Source: Candidatus Hadarchaeales archaeon (GTDB lineage: Archaea; Hadarchaeota; Hadarchaeia; Hadarchaeales; Hadarchaeaceae). From it: a DNA stretch of 32,000 nt. Below, piece by piece: positions 19,056 through 27,082 of this stretch. The notes beneath the pieces were generated by a model. It saw only the letters and a list, made by a program, of their open reading frames with translations. It was not told the DNA's origin and searched no databases. Numbering within the stretch: position 1 is the first letter of the stretch; each line of letters starts with the position of its first letter. The stretch spans positions 90,001-122,000 of the forward strand of contig JAWBCC010000001.1 in NCBI GenBank assembly GCA_038823825.1. Direction: 5' to 3'. A program made the position numbers and the translations under genes.

Positions 19056-20281
19056 ATTTCCCTCATCGCCTTTTCAAAAAGCTTCAGTGCGTTTTCTCTA
19101 TCTTCCCAATTTACGAAGAAACTTATGGATGCTCTGCTCGACAGAATTTCTATGATGTTTATCCCTGCCTCTCCCACCGGTCCAGTTAGCCTTGCTATAA
19201 CGCCAGGTGTGTATATGAACTTCTCACTTTCCGTGATTATCATAGCCAATCCTTTCTGAATGGTCACCGACTTCATCACTGGATCTTCCTTGACAATTTC
19301 GTGAACGAGTTCGGCAGCTTTTTCTGCCTCGCTTTCTTTAACATAAAGAGAGAACGATCTCGGTCCTATAGAAACACCAAAAATATTAATTCCAGCTTCG
19401 CTGACGGGTTTAACAGTCTTTAGAAGGATTCCAGGTTTTGTTTGCATTTGCTCTCCGACAACGGTAACCATAGCTAGAGGTTCAGGGTAGAGTTTGACGG
19501 TGGTTGGTTCGGGGAAAGGCCCTACAATCTTCGTTCCAGGGGCGTTTAAGTCGTACTTGTTGAAATTTATCACCTTCGCCTCTATTTTTGGATCTTTGTA
19601 GTTCATCGCTCTTGGATGCATGACCTGTGCCCCAAATCTTGCCAAATCTCGCATCTCTTCAACGGTTATTTCTTCCACTAGTTTTGCTCCCCTTATTACG
19701 TTGGGGTCAGCGCTCATGACGCCATCCACGTCCGTTACGATTATCACGAGATCGGCTGGTAAACACTTTCCGATGACAAAGGCGGTTATATCACTACCGC
19801 CCCTGCCAATTGTGGTTATTTCACCGTTTTGGTCTCTTCCGAGGAATCCACAGATTACGGGGACCACACCCTTTTTCACAAGCGGCAAGATGTATTTTTT
19901 AACTCTTCTCTCCGTTTCCTGTAGATTTATTTCAGCCATTCCGTGTCTGCTGTCGGTTATCACTGGCCATTCTTTGTTTAGAGGATCTATTGCTCTGCTC
20001 TTGACTCCGATCTCGGACAAAGCTTTCGCAAAAATTCGAGCACTAGTCCTCTCTCCTAATGCCATGACAAAATCCAGTTTTTTTGGATCCGATTTCTTTG
20101 CGATTTTTTTGTAAATTTTGATGAGAGCATCCGTGGAGTGTCCAATGGCGGAAACAACCGCGACTACCGAATTTCCTTTCTCAATTTCTCTGACTACTGC
20201 TCGCGCGTCTTTTCTAATTCTTTCGATGTTGCCAACACTGGTCCCACCGAATTTTACAACCATCAAACTCATCGCAACCAC
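19052..20281 (-). CDS. lysC: aspartate kinase with C-terminal ACT domains
   Basis: VVKFGGTSVGNIERI, TIGRGGSDITAFVIG, TDVDGVMSADP, C-terminal ACT-like regions. Exact start ambiguous near the lysA stop. Confidence 0.93.
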   Translation of the reverse strand: MVAMSLMVVKFGGTSVGNIERIRKDARAVVREIEKGNSVVAVVSAIGHSTDALIKIYKKIAKKSDPKKLDFVMALGERTSARIFAKALSEIGVKSRAIDPLNKEWPVITDSRHGMAEINLQETERRVKKYILPLVKKGVVPVICGFLGRDQNGEITTIGRGGSDITAFVIGKCLPADLVIIVTDVDGVMSADPNVIRGAKLVEEITVEEMRDLARFGAQVMHPRAMNYKDPKIEAKVINFNKYDLNAPGTKIVGPFPEPTTVKLYPEPLAMVTVVGEQMQTKPGILLKTVKPVSEAGINIFGVSIGPRSFSLYVKESEAEKAAELVHEIVKEDPVMKSVTIQKGLAMIITESEKFIYTPGVIARLTGPVGEAGINIIEILSSRASISFFVNWEDRENALKLFEKAMREI

Positions 20282-21582
20282 TCTGGAATATTATCCAATC
20301 TAATGATATCCTCAAAAGTTTCTCTATTTCTGATTATCTCCGCTTTTCCATCATTCACAAGAACCATCGCGGGCCGTGATTGTGCCGTGTGTTGATTCGA
20401 CATTGCAAGACCGTATGCTCCAGTATCGAAAATGACCAAAATATCCCCAGGTTCGATTTTTGCTAGTTTGCGGTTTTTTCCAAGAAAATCTCCAGACTCA
20501 CATAGCGGTCCGGCTATGTTATACTCAGTATCATTCGGAAGGTTCATCTTGTTCGCAACTTCGATGTGATGATATGCTCCATAGAGAGCCGGTCTTATGA
20601 GAGCATTCATTCCGGCATCTATGGAAACCCAAGCTGGAAGGTTTTTTCTTTTCTTCACATAACCAACTTTAGCCAATATCACTCCAGCATCCCCAACGAT
20701 GTACCTGCCGGGTTCGAAAGCAAGGGTTGGCGGAATCAATTTTTCACTATTCACGACTTCCTCTACGATTTTAACGATTTTCTTCGCTACAACTTCTATA
20801 GGCAATTCCTTATCTTCAGGTTTATAGGGAATTCCAACGCCCCCGCCGAAATCGACTATCTCCAGCGATATTCCAAGCTCGTTTTTTAGCTCTACAACAA
20901 AGTTCATCAATTTTCTTGCTTCCTCCTCAAAAGGATCAGCGTCCAAGATCTGTGATCCGATATGAGAATGTACTCCAACTACTTTCACGTGTTTTAGCTC
21001 TATTGCTCTTCGATACGCATTCAATGCTTCGCCGTCTTCAACCTCTAAACCGAATTTACTCTCTCTCAGCCCTGTAGCTATGTAAGGATGTGTTGGTACT
21101 GAAACATCAGGGTTTATTCTAAAAGAGATCTTCGCGATCTTTCCAAGCCTCGCGGCAATTTTGTCGACAAGCTCCAATTCTTGAAGATTATCGATATTTA
21201 TCATGATTCCGTTTCTGATCGCCAGCTCCAACTCTTCAGGTTTTTTATTGTTTCCATTAAAAACCATACGTTCACCGGCGATTCCGGCCTTAAGAGCAAT
21301 TTTTATCTCATTTTCGGAGCTCACATCGGCTCCGGTGCCCTCGGTTTGCAGGATTTTAACAACCGCTAGATTTGAATTGGCTTTCAAAGCATAGTACACA
21401 ATGACTTTAGGCCAGAGGCTAGAGAATGCTCTGTAGAATCTCCTGTAATTTTCTCTAATTCTTTTCTCATCCATGACGTAAAGCGGAGTTCCAAATTTTT
21501 CCACAAGTTCAACAGCATCAATTTCGCCTATTACTAGATGTCCTTTATCGTTAACCTTGAAATGAGATTTCAGCATCAGCAT
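20269..21582 (-). CDS. lysA: diaminopimelate decarboxylase
   Basis: YYALKANSNLAVVKIL, GVHSHIGSQI, DFGGGVGIPY, EPGRYIVGDAG, GPLCESGDFLGK, GAYGLAMSNQHTAQSRPA. Confidence 0.95.
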   Translation of the reverse strand: MLMLKSHFKVNDKGHLVIGEIDAVELVEKFGTPLYVMDEKRIRENYRRFYRAFSSLWPKVIVYYALKANSNLAVVKILQTEGTGADVSSENEIKIALKAGIAGERMVFNGNNKKPEELELAIRNGIMINIDNLQELELVDKIAARLGKIAKISFRINPDVSVPTHPYIATGLRESKFGLEVEDGEALNAYRRAIELKHVKVVGVHSHIGSQILDADPFEEEARKLMNFVVELKNELGISLEIVDFGGGVGIPYKPEDKELPIEVVAKKIVKIVEEVVNSEKLIPPTLAFEPGRYIVGDAGVILAKVGYVKKRKNLPAWVSIDAGMNALIRPALYGAYHHIEVANKMNLPNDTEYNIAGPLCESGDFLGKNRKLAKIEPGDILVIFDTGAYGLAMSNQHTAQSRPAMVLVNDGKAEIIRNRETFEDIIRLDNIPEWLR

Positions 21583-22919
21583 TCTTTTTCAACCTCGCGA
21601 AGCGATTGTTCAAAGATATCCATTCCGATCTCCAGATCACGTTTGGGAATTACCAAAGGTGGTGCAATTCTTATGGTTGATTGGCCTCCTCTGAAAAGAA
21701 TGAGTCCCTTGTCTAAAGCTTTGCGTATCAGGGCTTCTCTCTCGTTCGTGGCCGGATTTTTTGTTTTTTTATCCTTAACGAGCTCTACCCCAATCATGAG
21801 TCCTTTCCCGCGCACATCTCCAATGAGCTTGGAGGTCTCCGCAATCTCTTGAAGTCTTTTCATGATCTCTTCTCCTAGCTTTGCAGCCCTTTCGACAAGT
21901 TTCTCCTCTTTGAGTATCTTTATCCCCTCGATCGCGGCCACGCAGGCAACTAAATTTCCCCCAAAGGTTGAGGCATGGGCACCAGGCTCCCAATCCATAA
22001 TCTCCTCCCTGGCCACAGTCGCCCCGATAGGAGCAATTCCTCCAGCCAAGGCCTTGGCTATGCACACGATATCCGGTTCCACATTCCAGTGTTCCATCGC
22101 AAACATCTTGCCGCTTCTCCCTAACCCGGTTTGAACTTCGTCCGCGATGAATATCCACCCATATTCATCACAGATCTCCTTCAGCATTGGGTAATATTCA
22201 GGTGGAGGAACTATGTATCCGGAATTACCTTGGATGGGTTCAGTGATTACGGCTGCTACTTCCTCCGGTGGAACTACTGTTCGGAGCCTTTCTCTCAAAA
22301 ACTCCAAACATAGGAAGTCACACCCGGGGTATTTTTGCTTAAAGATGCAACGGTAACAGTACGGAAAAGGTATAAATTCGACTCCAGGGACGAGAGGAGA
22401 AAAGTAGCGATGGTGGAGAACGCGCGTGGAGGAAAGACTCATCGCTCCATAGGTTCGTCCGTGAAATCCACCCATGAAGGCGATTATTCTCGGTTTTCTC
22501 GTGTGCCACCGCACACATTTGAATGCCGCCTCTACTGCTTCAGCCCCACTATTTCCAAAGTAAACACGTTTTCTGAATTTACCGGGCGTTATTTCAGCGA
22601 GCATCTCCGCCAGCACAACCTGCTGTTCGTAGTAGAAGTCGGTTCCGGCGAAATGTGTTAGTTTTTTCAATTGTTTTTCAACAGCCCGTATTAACTTCGG
22701 GTGTGAATATCCGTAGTTTAGAACAAACATTCCAGATGAAAAATCCAGCAGGATATTTCCATCTACATCCTTTACGTAGCACCCCTTTCCTTCAACCGCC
22801 ACTATGGGCTCAGCCCGCGTATATGAAGGAGACATTATTTTTTGATCTCGTTCTACCATCTTTCTTGCCTTAGGGCCCGGAATCGGGGTTACTATTTTTG
22901 GCTTCAACCTCGTTGGCAT
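21576..22919 (-). CDS. class III PLP-dependent aminotransferase (4-aminobutyrate/ornithine aminotransferase or amino-acid racemase-like)
   Basis: 447 aa; VYFGNSGAEAVEAAFK, IADEVQTGLGRSGKMFA, IAKALAGGIAPIGA, HASTFGGNLVACVAA; Cys cluster FPYCYRCIFKQKYPGCDFLC; overlaps lysA by 7 bp. Confidence 0.88.
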   Translation of the reverse strand: MPTRLKPKIVTPIPGPKARKMVERDQKIMSPSYTRAEPIVAVEGKGCYVKDVDGNILLDFSSGMFVLNYGYSHPKLIRAVEKQLKKLTHFAGTDFYYEQQVVLAEMLAEITPGKFRKRVYFGNSGAEAVEAAFKCVRWHTRKPRIIAFMGGFHGRTYGAMSLSSTRVLHHRYFSPLVPGVEFIPFPYCYRCIFKQKYPGCDFLCLEFLRERLRTVVPPEEVAAVITEPIQGNSGYIVPPPEYYPMLKEICDEYGWIFIADEVQTGLGRSGKMFAMEHWNVEPDIVCIAKALAGGIAPIGATVAREEIMDWEPGAHASTFGGNLVACVAAIEGIKILKEEKLVERAAKLGEEIMKRLQEIAETSKLIGDVRGKGLMIGVELVKDKKTKNPATNEREALIRKALDKGLILFRGGQSTIRIAPPLVIPKRDLEIGMDIFEQSLREVEKEC

Positions 22920-22946
22920 ATCAGAAAATAATTATGATTTGACAAG

Positions 22947-22958
22947 TTTTATTTATTT
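22947..22958 (+). promoter_or_regulatory. putative TATA box for nnrD-eL40-GGGPS unit
   Basis: TTTTATTTATTT centred ~27 nt upstream of candidate GTG start 22979, consistent with a (near-)leaderless transcript. Confidence 0.35.
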
Positions 22959-22978
22959 CACTATCTCCATATTTGTGT

Positions 22979-23854
22979 GTGAATTACCGATATGTAGAAG
23001 CGAAGGAAGTGGCTAGACTACTTCCAAAAAGACGACCGGATTCCCACAAGGGTGAGAACGGAGTTGTTTTAGTTGTTGGTGGAAGCGAGAAGTACGTAGG
23101 AGCTCCCGCATTTGTTGCACTGTCTGCTCTCCACTCTGGCTGTGATCTTGCGATAGTTGCCGCACCCGAGAAAGTAGCTTGGGTAATAAATACATTTTCT
23201 CCGGACTTGATAACATGTAAACTTCCAGGCTCGGAGTTCGGAATTAATGCGATGCCTATTGTAATGGAAGAGATGAAGAGAGCGAACGCAGTTGTTGTAG
23301 GTCCCGGCTTAGGAATGAGTAAAAAAGTCTCGAGAGGAGTTATCAAACTTGCCGAAGAAATTAATAAGGCAAAGGTACCAGCTCTTTTCGATGCCGATGG
23401 CTTAAAAATCGTTGGTCCCGAACTCGAACGTCTGGGTAACCAGCTTTGGGTTTTGACGCCACATGCCGGAGAATTCCAAAAGATTTCCGGAGAAACTCTT
23501 CCTCCGGAACTAGACAGGCGTTGCGAGATCGTTCTGGAGTTCGCGAAAGAATCTAAATGTGTTATTCTTCTAAAAGGACGAATAGATGTCATTGCTTCTC
23601 CGAACGGAAATGTGCGACTTAACAAAACGGGGAATCCAGGAATGACCGTTGGTGGCACAGGAGACGTGCTTTCTGGAATTGTCGGAGCTCTCCTTTCTCA
23701 GGGTTTACCATCCTTTGAGGCAGCCATTGCTGGAGCCTGGATATGCGGAAGAGCTGGTGATTTATGTGCAAGGGAAAAAGGATATGAATTTTTATCTTCT
23801 GATGTAATAGAAAAGATACCCGAGGTGTTCAAGGAGTTGAGGAGGTGCAGATGA
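22979..23854 (+). CDS. nnrD: ADP-dependent NAD(P)HX dehydratase, stand-alone dehydratase domain
   Basis: SHKGENGVVLVVGGSEKYVGAP, LTPHAGEF, VILLKG, NKTGNPGMTVGGTGDVLSGIVGALL; GTG 22979 likelier than TTG 22973. Confidence 0.87.
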   Translation: MNYRYVEAKEVARLLPKRRPDSHKGENGVVLVVGGSEKYVGAPAFVALSALHSGCDLAIVAAPEKVAWVINTFSPDLITCKLPGSEFGINAMPIVMEEMKRANAVVVGPGLGMSKKVSRGVIKLAEEINKAKVPALFDADGLKIVGPELERLGNQLWVLTPHAGEFQKISGETLPPELDRRCEIVLEFAKESKCVILLKGRIDVIASPNGNVRLNKTGNPGMTVGGTGDVLSGIVGALLSQGLPSFEAAIAGAWICGRAGDLCAREKGYEFLSSDVIEKIPEVFKELRRCR

Positions 23855-24001
23855 ATGGCTAGGTTTGAGGTTGCAGAGCGTAGACTCTTCCAAGTCAAAA
23901 TCTGTATGAAATGCAACGCTCACAATCCTTGGCGGGCAGAGAAATGCAGAAAGTGTGGCTATAAAGGTCTACGTCCGAAGTCGAAGGAGTCCAAAGCATG
24001 A
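23855..24001 (+). CDS. rpl40e: 50S ribosomal protein L40e (eL40)
   Basis: Translated by hand: [48 protein letters not shown]; C-x2-C...C-x2-C zinc finger and characteristic ARFExAxxRLF...CMKCNAxNPxxAxxCRKCGYxxLRPKxKE. Below size cutoff of the supplied track. Confidence 0.95.
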   Translation: MARFEVAERRLFQVKICMKCNAHNPWRAEKCRKCGYKGLRPKSKESKA

Positions 24002-24744
24002 AGGTTGAGAACTATCTGCGCCGCGTAATAAAAAGAGACGGTGCGGCTCATCTCACTCTTATAGACCCAGCAAAGCAATCACCTGGTGAAGCAGCTTACA
24101 TAGTTTCTGAAGCAGATCGTGCCGGAACTGATGGGATAATGGTTGGAGGTTCAACTGGGGCTTTCGGCCGTTTGCTTGACGATACTATTCTCGAGATAAA
24201 AAAGGTGACAGATCTCCCAGTTATCCTTTTTCCGGCTAGTGAACGTGGTATTAGCAGATACGCAGATGCGATATTCTTCATGAGTATGCTCAACTCTCAA
24301 GATCCATACTTTATAACTGGTGCGCAGGTGAGAGGAGCACCGATAGTTCGCAAATTTGGCCTGGAATCAATTCCTATGGGATACCTCGTAGTTGAACCGG
24401 GTGGGACTGTGGGAAAAGTGGGAAAAGCGAAGCTGATACCAAGAAACGACTGGCAGTTGGCCGCGAATTATGCAATAGTTGCGGAGTATCTGGGGATGCG
24501 ATTTTTTTACTTAGAGGCAGGTTCGGGTGCTGACAAACCCGTCCCTGTTGGGATGGTCAAGGCGGTTAAAAAAGCAACAAATTTGGTGTTGATTGTGGGG
24601 GGAGGAATAAAAACCCCAGAAATGGCAGCTGAAAGAGTTGCCGCCGGAGCAGACATAATAGTGACCGGAACTCTCGTTGAGAAAGCCGCAGACGTATTTT
24701 CAGTACTTAGTTCGCTTATACGGGCAACAAAGGCAGTTAGATGA
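23998..24744 (+). CDS. geranylgeranylglyceryl phosphate synthase
   Basis: [87 protein letters not shown]; ATGA overlap with eL40. Confidence 0.94.
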   Translation: MKVENYLRRVIKRDGAAHLTLIDPAKQSPGEAAYIVSEADRAGTDGIMVGGSTGAFGRLLDDTILEIKKVTDLPVILFPASERGISRYADAIFFMSMLNSQDPYFITGAQVRGAPIVRKFGLESIPMGYLVVEPGGTVGKVGKAKLIPRNDWQLAANYAIVAEYLGMRFFYLEAGSGADKPVPVGMVKAVKKATNLVLIVGGGIKTPEMAAERVAAGADIIVTGTLVEKAADVFSVLSSLIRATKAVR

Positions 24745-24958
24745 GACCGCGGTGTTTGGCACAAGAAATGCAAGCATAGCCTTTTTCTACAGGAAGATAA
24801 ACTTTTCTTCTATCAACTCCTGGTATGCTTTTAAGGTCTATTCCTGGTCGTCTCTTCACTGGAATAGCCTTTATACGTGGAACCAGTCGACCACAGTAAA
24901 CGCACGGTACCGGTTGGCTTCTTCCCCCAACTTTATAGAGTCCCCACTTCTTTCCCAT
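24737..24958 (-). CDS. rps26e: eS26-like small ribosomal subunit protein (zinc-binding)
   Basis: 73 aa; VPCVYCGRLVPRIKAIPVKRRP...[13 protein letters not shown] matches the eS26 layout C-x2-C-x3-VPR-x-KAI ... YxCxSCAxHxG. Confidence 0.72.
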   Translation of the reverse strand: MGKKWGLYKVGGRSQPVPCVYCGRLVPRIKAIPVKRRPGIDLKSIPGVDRRKVYLPVEKGYACISCAKHRGLI

Positions 24959-25017
24959 ATCCCTACCCTTGGGGTAGTTATCTTTTCAAGCCTATATTAA
25001 GATGATAGTCGGACTAT

Positions 25018-25602
25018 CTAGTACTCTTCACACTTGACTTGATAGAAGCTCCGCGGGTGTCCGCACGATGGACATTCTTGGGGAGGTTCAGTTCCGTAGT
25101 GGACATAACCGCACTCTCTGCAAACCCACCAGATCGGCTCAGGTTTCTTGAAAACAGTTCCGTTCTGAACCTCCTTCAGAAGTTTTTTGAATCTCTCCTC
25201 ATGGTGTTCTTCGGCTTTCGCTATCGCTCTTAGTCTGTTCGCGATTTCATGGAGGCCCTCTTCATCAGCTATTTTCGCAAATTCCGGGTACATTTTCGTG
25301 TACTCATAGTTTTCGCCGGCAATGGCAGCCTCGAGATTTTGTTTAGTATTTCCGAAGACAACCGGAGCGGATGCTTCTACGACTACTTCATTGAAGCTTT
25401 CTCCACTCTTCTCTTTAAGTTCGTTCAGTAGACGGAAAAGCCAACTTGCGTGCTCTCTCTCGTTGTCGGCTGTGATGAGAAAAATTTCAGCGATTTGTTC
25501 GTAACCTTCTTTTTTCGCAACCTTGGCATAGAAAGTATATCTGTTTCTTGCTTGCGACTCCCCTATAAATGCCTTTGCCAAGTTTTGAATTGTTTTTTTC
25601 AT
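25018..25602 (-). CDS. rubrerythrin-family protein
   Basis: [42 protein letters not shown] diiron ligands and C-terminal rubredoxin-like [23 protein letters not shown]. Confidence 0.94.
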   Translation of the reverse strand: MKKTIQNLAKAFIGESQARNRYTFYAKVAKKEGYEQIAEIFLITADNEREHASWLFRLLNELKEKSGESFNEVVVEASAPVVFGNTKQNLEAAIAGENYEYTKMYPEFAKIADEEGLHEIANRLRAIAKAEEHHEERFKKLLKEVQNGTVFKKPEPIWWVCRECGYVHYGTEPPQECPSCGHPRSFYQVKCEEY

Positions 25603-25648
25603 GGTATCCTACTTTTTTAGTTGTCAACTCTTTTTATTTTTTTCGGTT

Positions 25649-25948
25649 GCCGGCGTGCTGGCTGTAACCCGTCTTCTGTTTTCAGGCGACATTCAGCTAA
25701 GCGGGCTACCACCCGTCTCAGGTGGGTATTCATCGACGGAAATTTGCCCTTGCACCTCGCAGAGCCAGCCGTTTCATCCCCGACTGTCCGACTTCAGCGT
25801 CTCCGCATCATCACATTAGGACAGTCAGGGTGTCGTTTCTGTGCTGGCTTTCCCGGCTTCTCAGCCGTGCCCTTTCGGGCTGCGATCCCACCCGGTGGAC
25901 GGTGTTTCCTCAGGCTTTCGCCCGGCAGTCGCCCGCCAGCTCGCCGGC
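25649..25948 (-). ncRNA. rnpB: archaeal (type A-like) RNase P RNA
   Basis: Termini pair as P1: 5' GCCGGCG-A-GCUGGC / GCCAGC-A-CGCCGGC 3' with one mismatch. Interior conserved-like blocks on minus strand: GAGGAAA (5'), ACAGAAACGACACC, GAUGAAACGGCUGGCUCUGCGAGGUGCAAGGGC, and UUAGCUGAAUGUCGCCUGAAAACAGAAGACGGG (3', 25668-25700). 12-bp P12-like helix formed by 25778-25789 and 25819-25830. Confidence 0.93.
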
Positions 25949-25972
25949 AATTTTAGTTTTGTTCAACTTGGG

Positions 25973-25980
25973 ATAAAATC
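25973..25980 (-). promoter_or_regulatory. putative TATA box of RNase P RNA gene
   Basis: GATTTTAT on minus strand, 25-32 nt upstream of the predicted RNA 5' end. Confidence 0.4.
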
Positions 25981-26023
25981 CTTATTACTCTCCGAGTTCT
26001 AATTTCAGCAGTAGGTGAAGACA

Positions 26024-26599
26024 ATGATCGGAGAGTTTCTGAAAATATTTATTTCGATTTTTGTCATAATGGATCCATTTGCAAGTCTGCCGCTCTTTAT
26101 GATTTTGACGAAAGGAAAGAACGTCAAAAAATCTGCTCTTTACGCGATAGGTGTGGCATCTCTAGTTCTTTTCACATTTCTTTTCTTGGGGGAGTACATT
26201 TTCACGATCTTCGGGGTCAAATTTTACTCTTTCAAGGTCGCAGGCGGTGTTCTGCTTTTCATACTCTCGGCAGAGACAATATTGGGGATAGAACCCGTTA
26301 AAAGGAAAAAGCACGGGCCAGAGCTCGTTCTCATCGGAACCCCAATGTTGACAGGCCCCGGCGTCATGGCAACTACCGTAATCTTTTCTCAAGAAACAGG
26401 CTACCTTGTTACCTCCTTGGCTTCTCTTGCAGCGCTTTTCTTGAGTTTTCTTATCTTGGTTCTTTCAAAGGAGATTGCGAGACTTCTCGGAGAGACTGGT
26501 GTGGAGATCGCCTCCAGGGTTATAGGAGTTCTACTTGGCGCTATTGCAATCGAGTTCATCGCTTCAGGAATAAAGGAAGCGATAGTTACTCTTGGATAA
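26024..26599 (+). CDS. MarC-family integral membrane protein
   Basis: IFVIMDPFASLPLFMILT, multiple hydrophobic segments, GTPMLTGPGVMATTVIFSQE. ATG 26024 or GTG 26015. Confidence 0.87.
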   Translation: MIGEFLKIFISIFVIMDPFASLPLFMILTKGKNVKKSALYAIGVASLVLFTFLFLGEYIFTIFGVKFYSFKVAGGVLLFILSAETILGIEPVKRKKHGPELVLIGTPMLTGPGVMATTVIFSQETGYLVTSLASLAALFLSFLILVLSKEIARLLGETGVEIASRVIGVLLGAIAIEFIASGIKEAIVTLG

Positions 26600-26641
26600 G
26601 GTTAAGAAATATGGTTGGCAAAAAATAACTGAATGAAAGGC

Positions 26642-27082
26642 ATGAAGATATTTATAGCAGGTCCGCTTTTTTCCCAAGCCGAAAGGGAGTTTAACGCTAA
26701 ACTTGACGAGTTACTGCGCAAGAACGGCTTCGAAACGATTCTTCCTCAACGGGATATTGGAGAAGTTTGGAAGACAGATATCAATTACAGGAAAATCTAT
26801 GAAATGGATTTGCGTGCGATTGAAGAAGCGGATGTCGTGGTCGCAGTTCTGGATGGTCCGGATGTTGATTCGGGAACAGCGTTTGAGATCGGATACGCGA
26901 CCGCAAAGGGAAAGCCAGTCGTAGGATTAAAAACCGATATCAGAACTTTTGCACAGATGGAAGAAGTTAACAACATGATTCTTCAATCGGTCAGAAAAAT
27001 CGTAAAAGATTTCGAATCGCTTCTGATCGTATTAAAAGAAATCAGAGAAGCGGGAGAAGATTCCTTATTTCCCAGTCGGTAA
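26642..27082 (+). CDS. nucleoside 2-deoxyribosyltransferase family protein
   Basis: MKIFIAGPLFSQAEREFN, ADVVVAVLDGPDVDSGTAFEIGYATAKGKPVVGLKTD. Confidence 0.9.
   Translation: MKIFIAGPLFSQAEREFNAKLDELLRKNGFETILPQRDIGEVWKTDINYRKIYEMDLRAIEEADVVVAVLDGPDVDSGTAFEIGYATAKGKPVVGLKTDIRTFAQMEEVNNMILQSVRKIVKDFESLLIVLKEIREAGEDSLFPSR

Noticed and set aside
25601-25976. Three overlapping + strand ORFs (25601-25819, 25621-25956, 25722-25976)
   Set aside because: They lie over the minus-strand RNase P RNA. Their translations are low-complexity, Arg/Ser/Pro-rich, and match no family.
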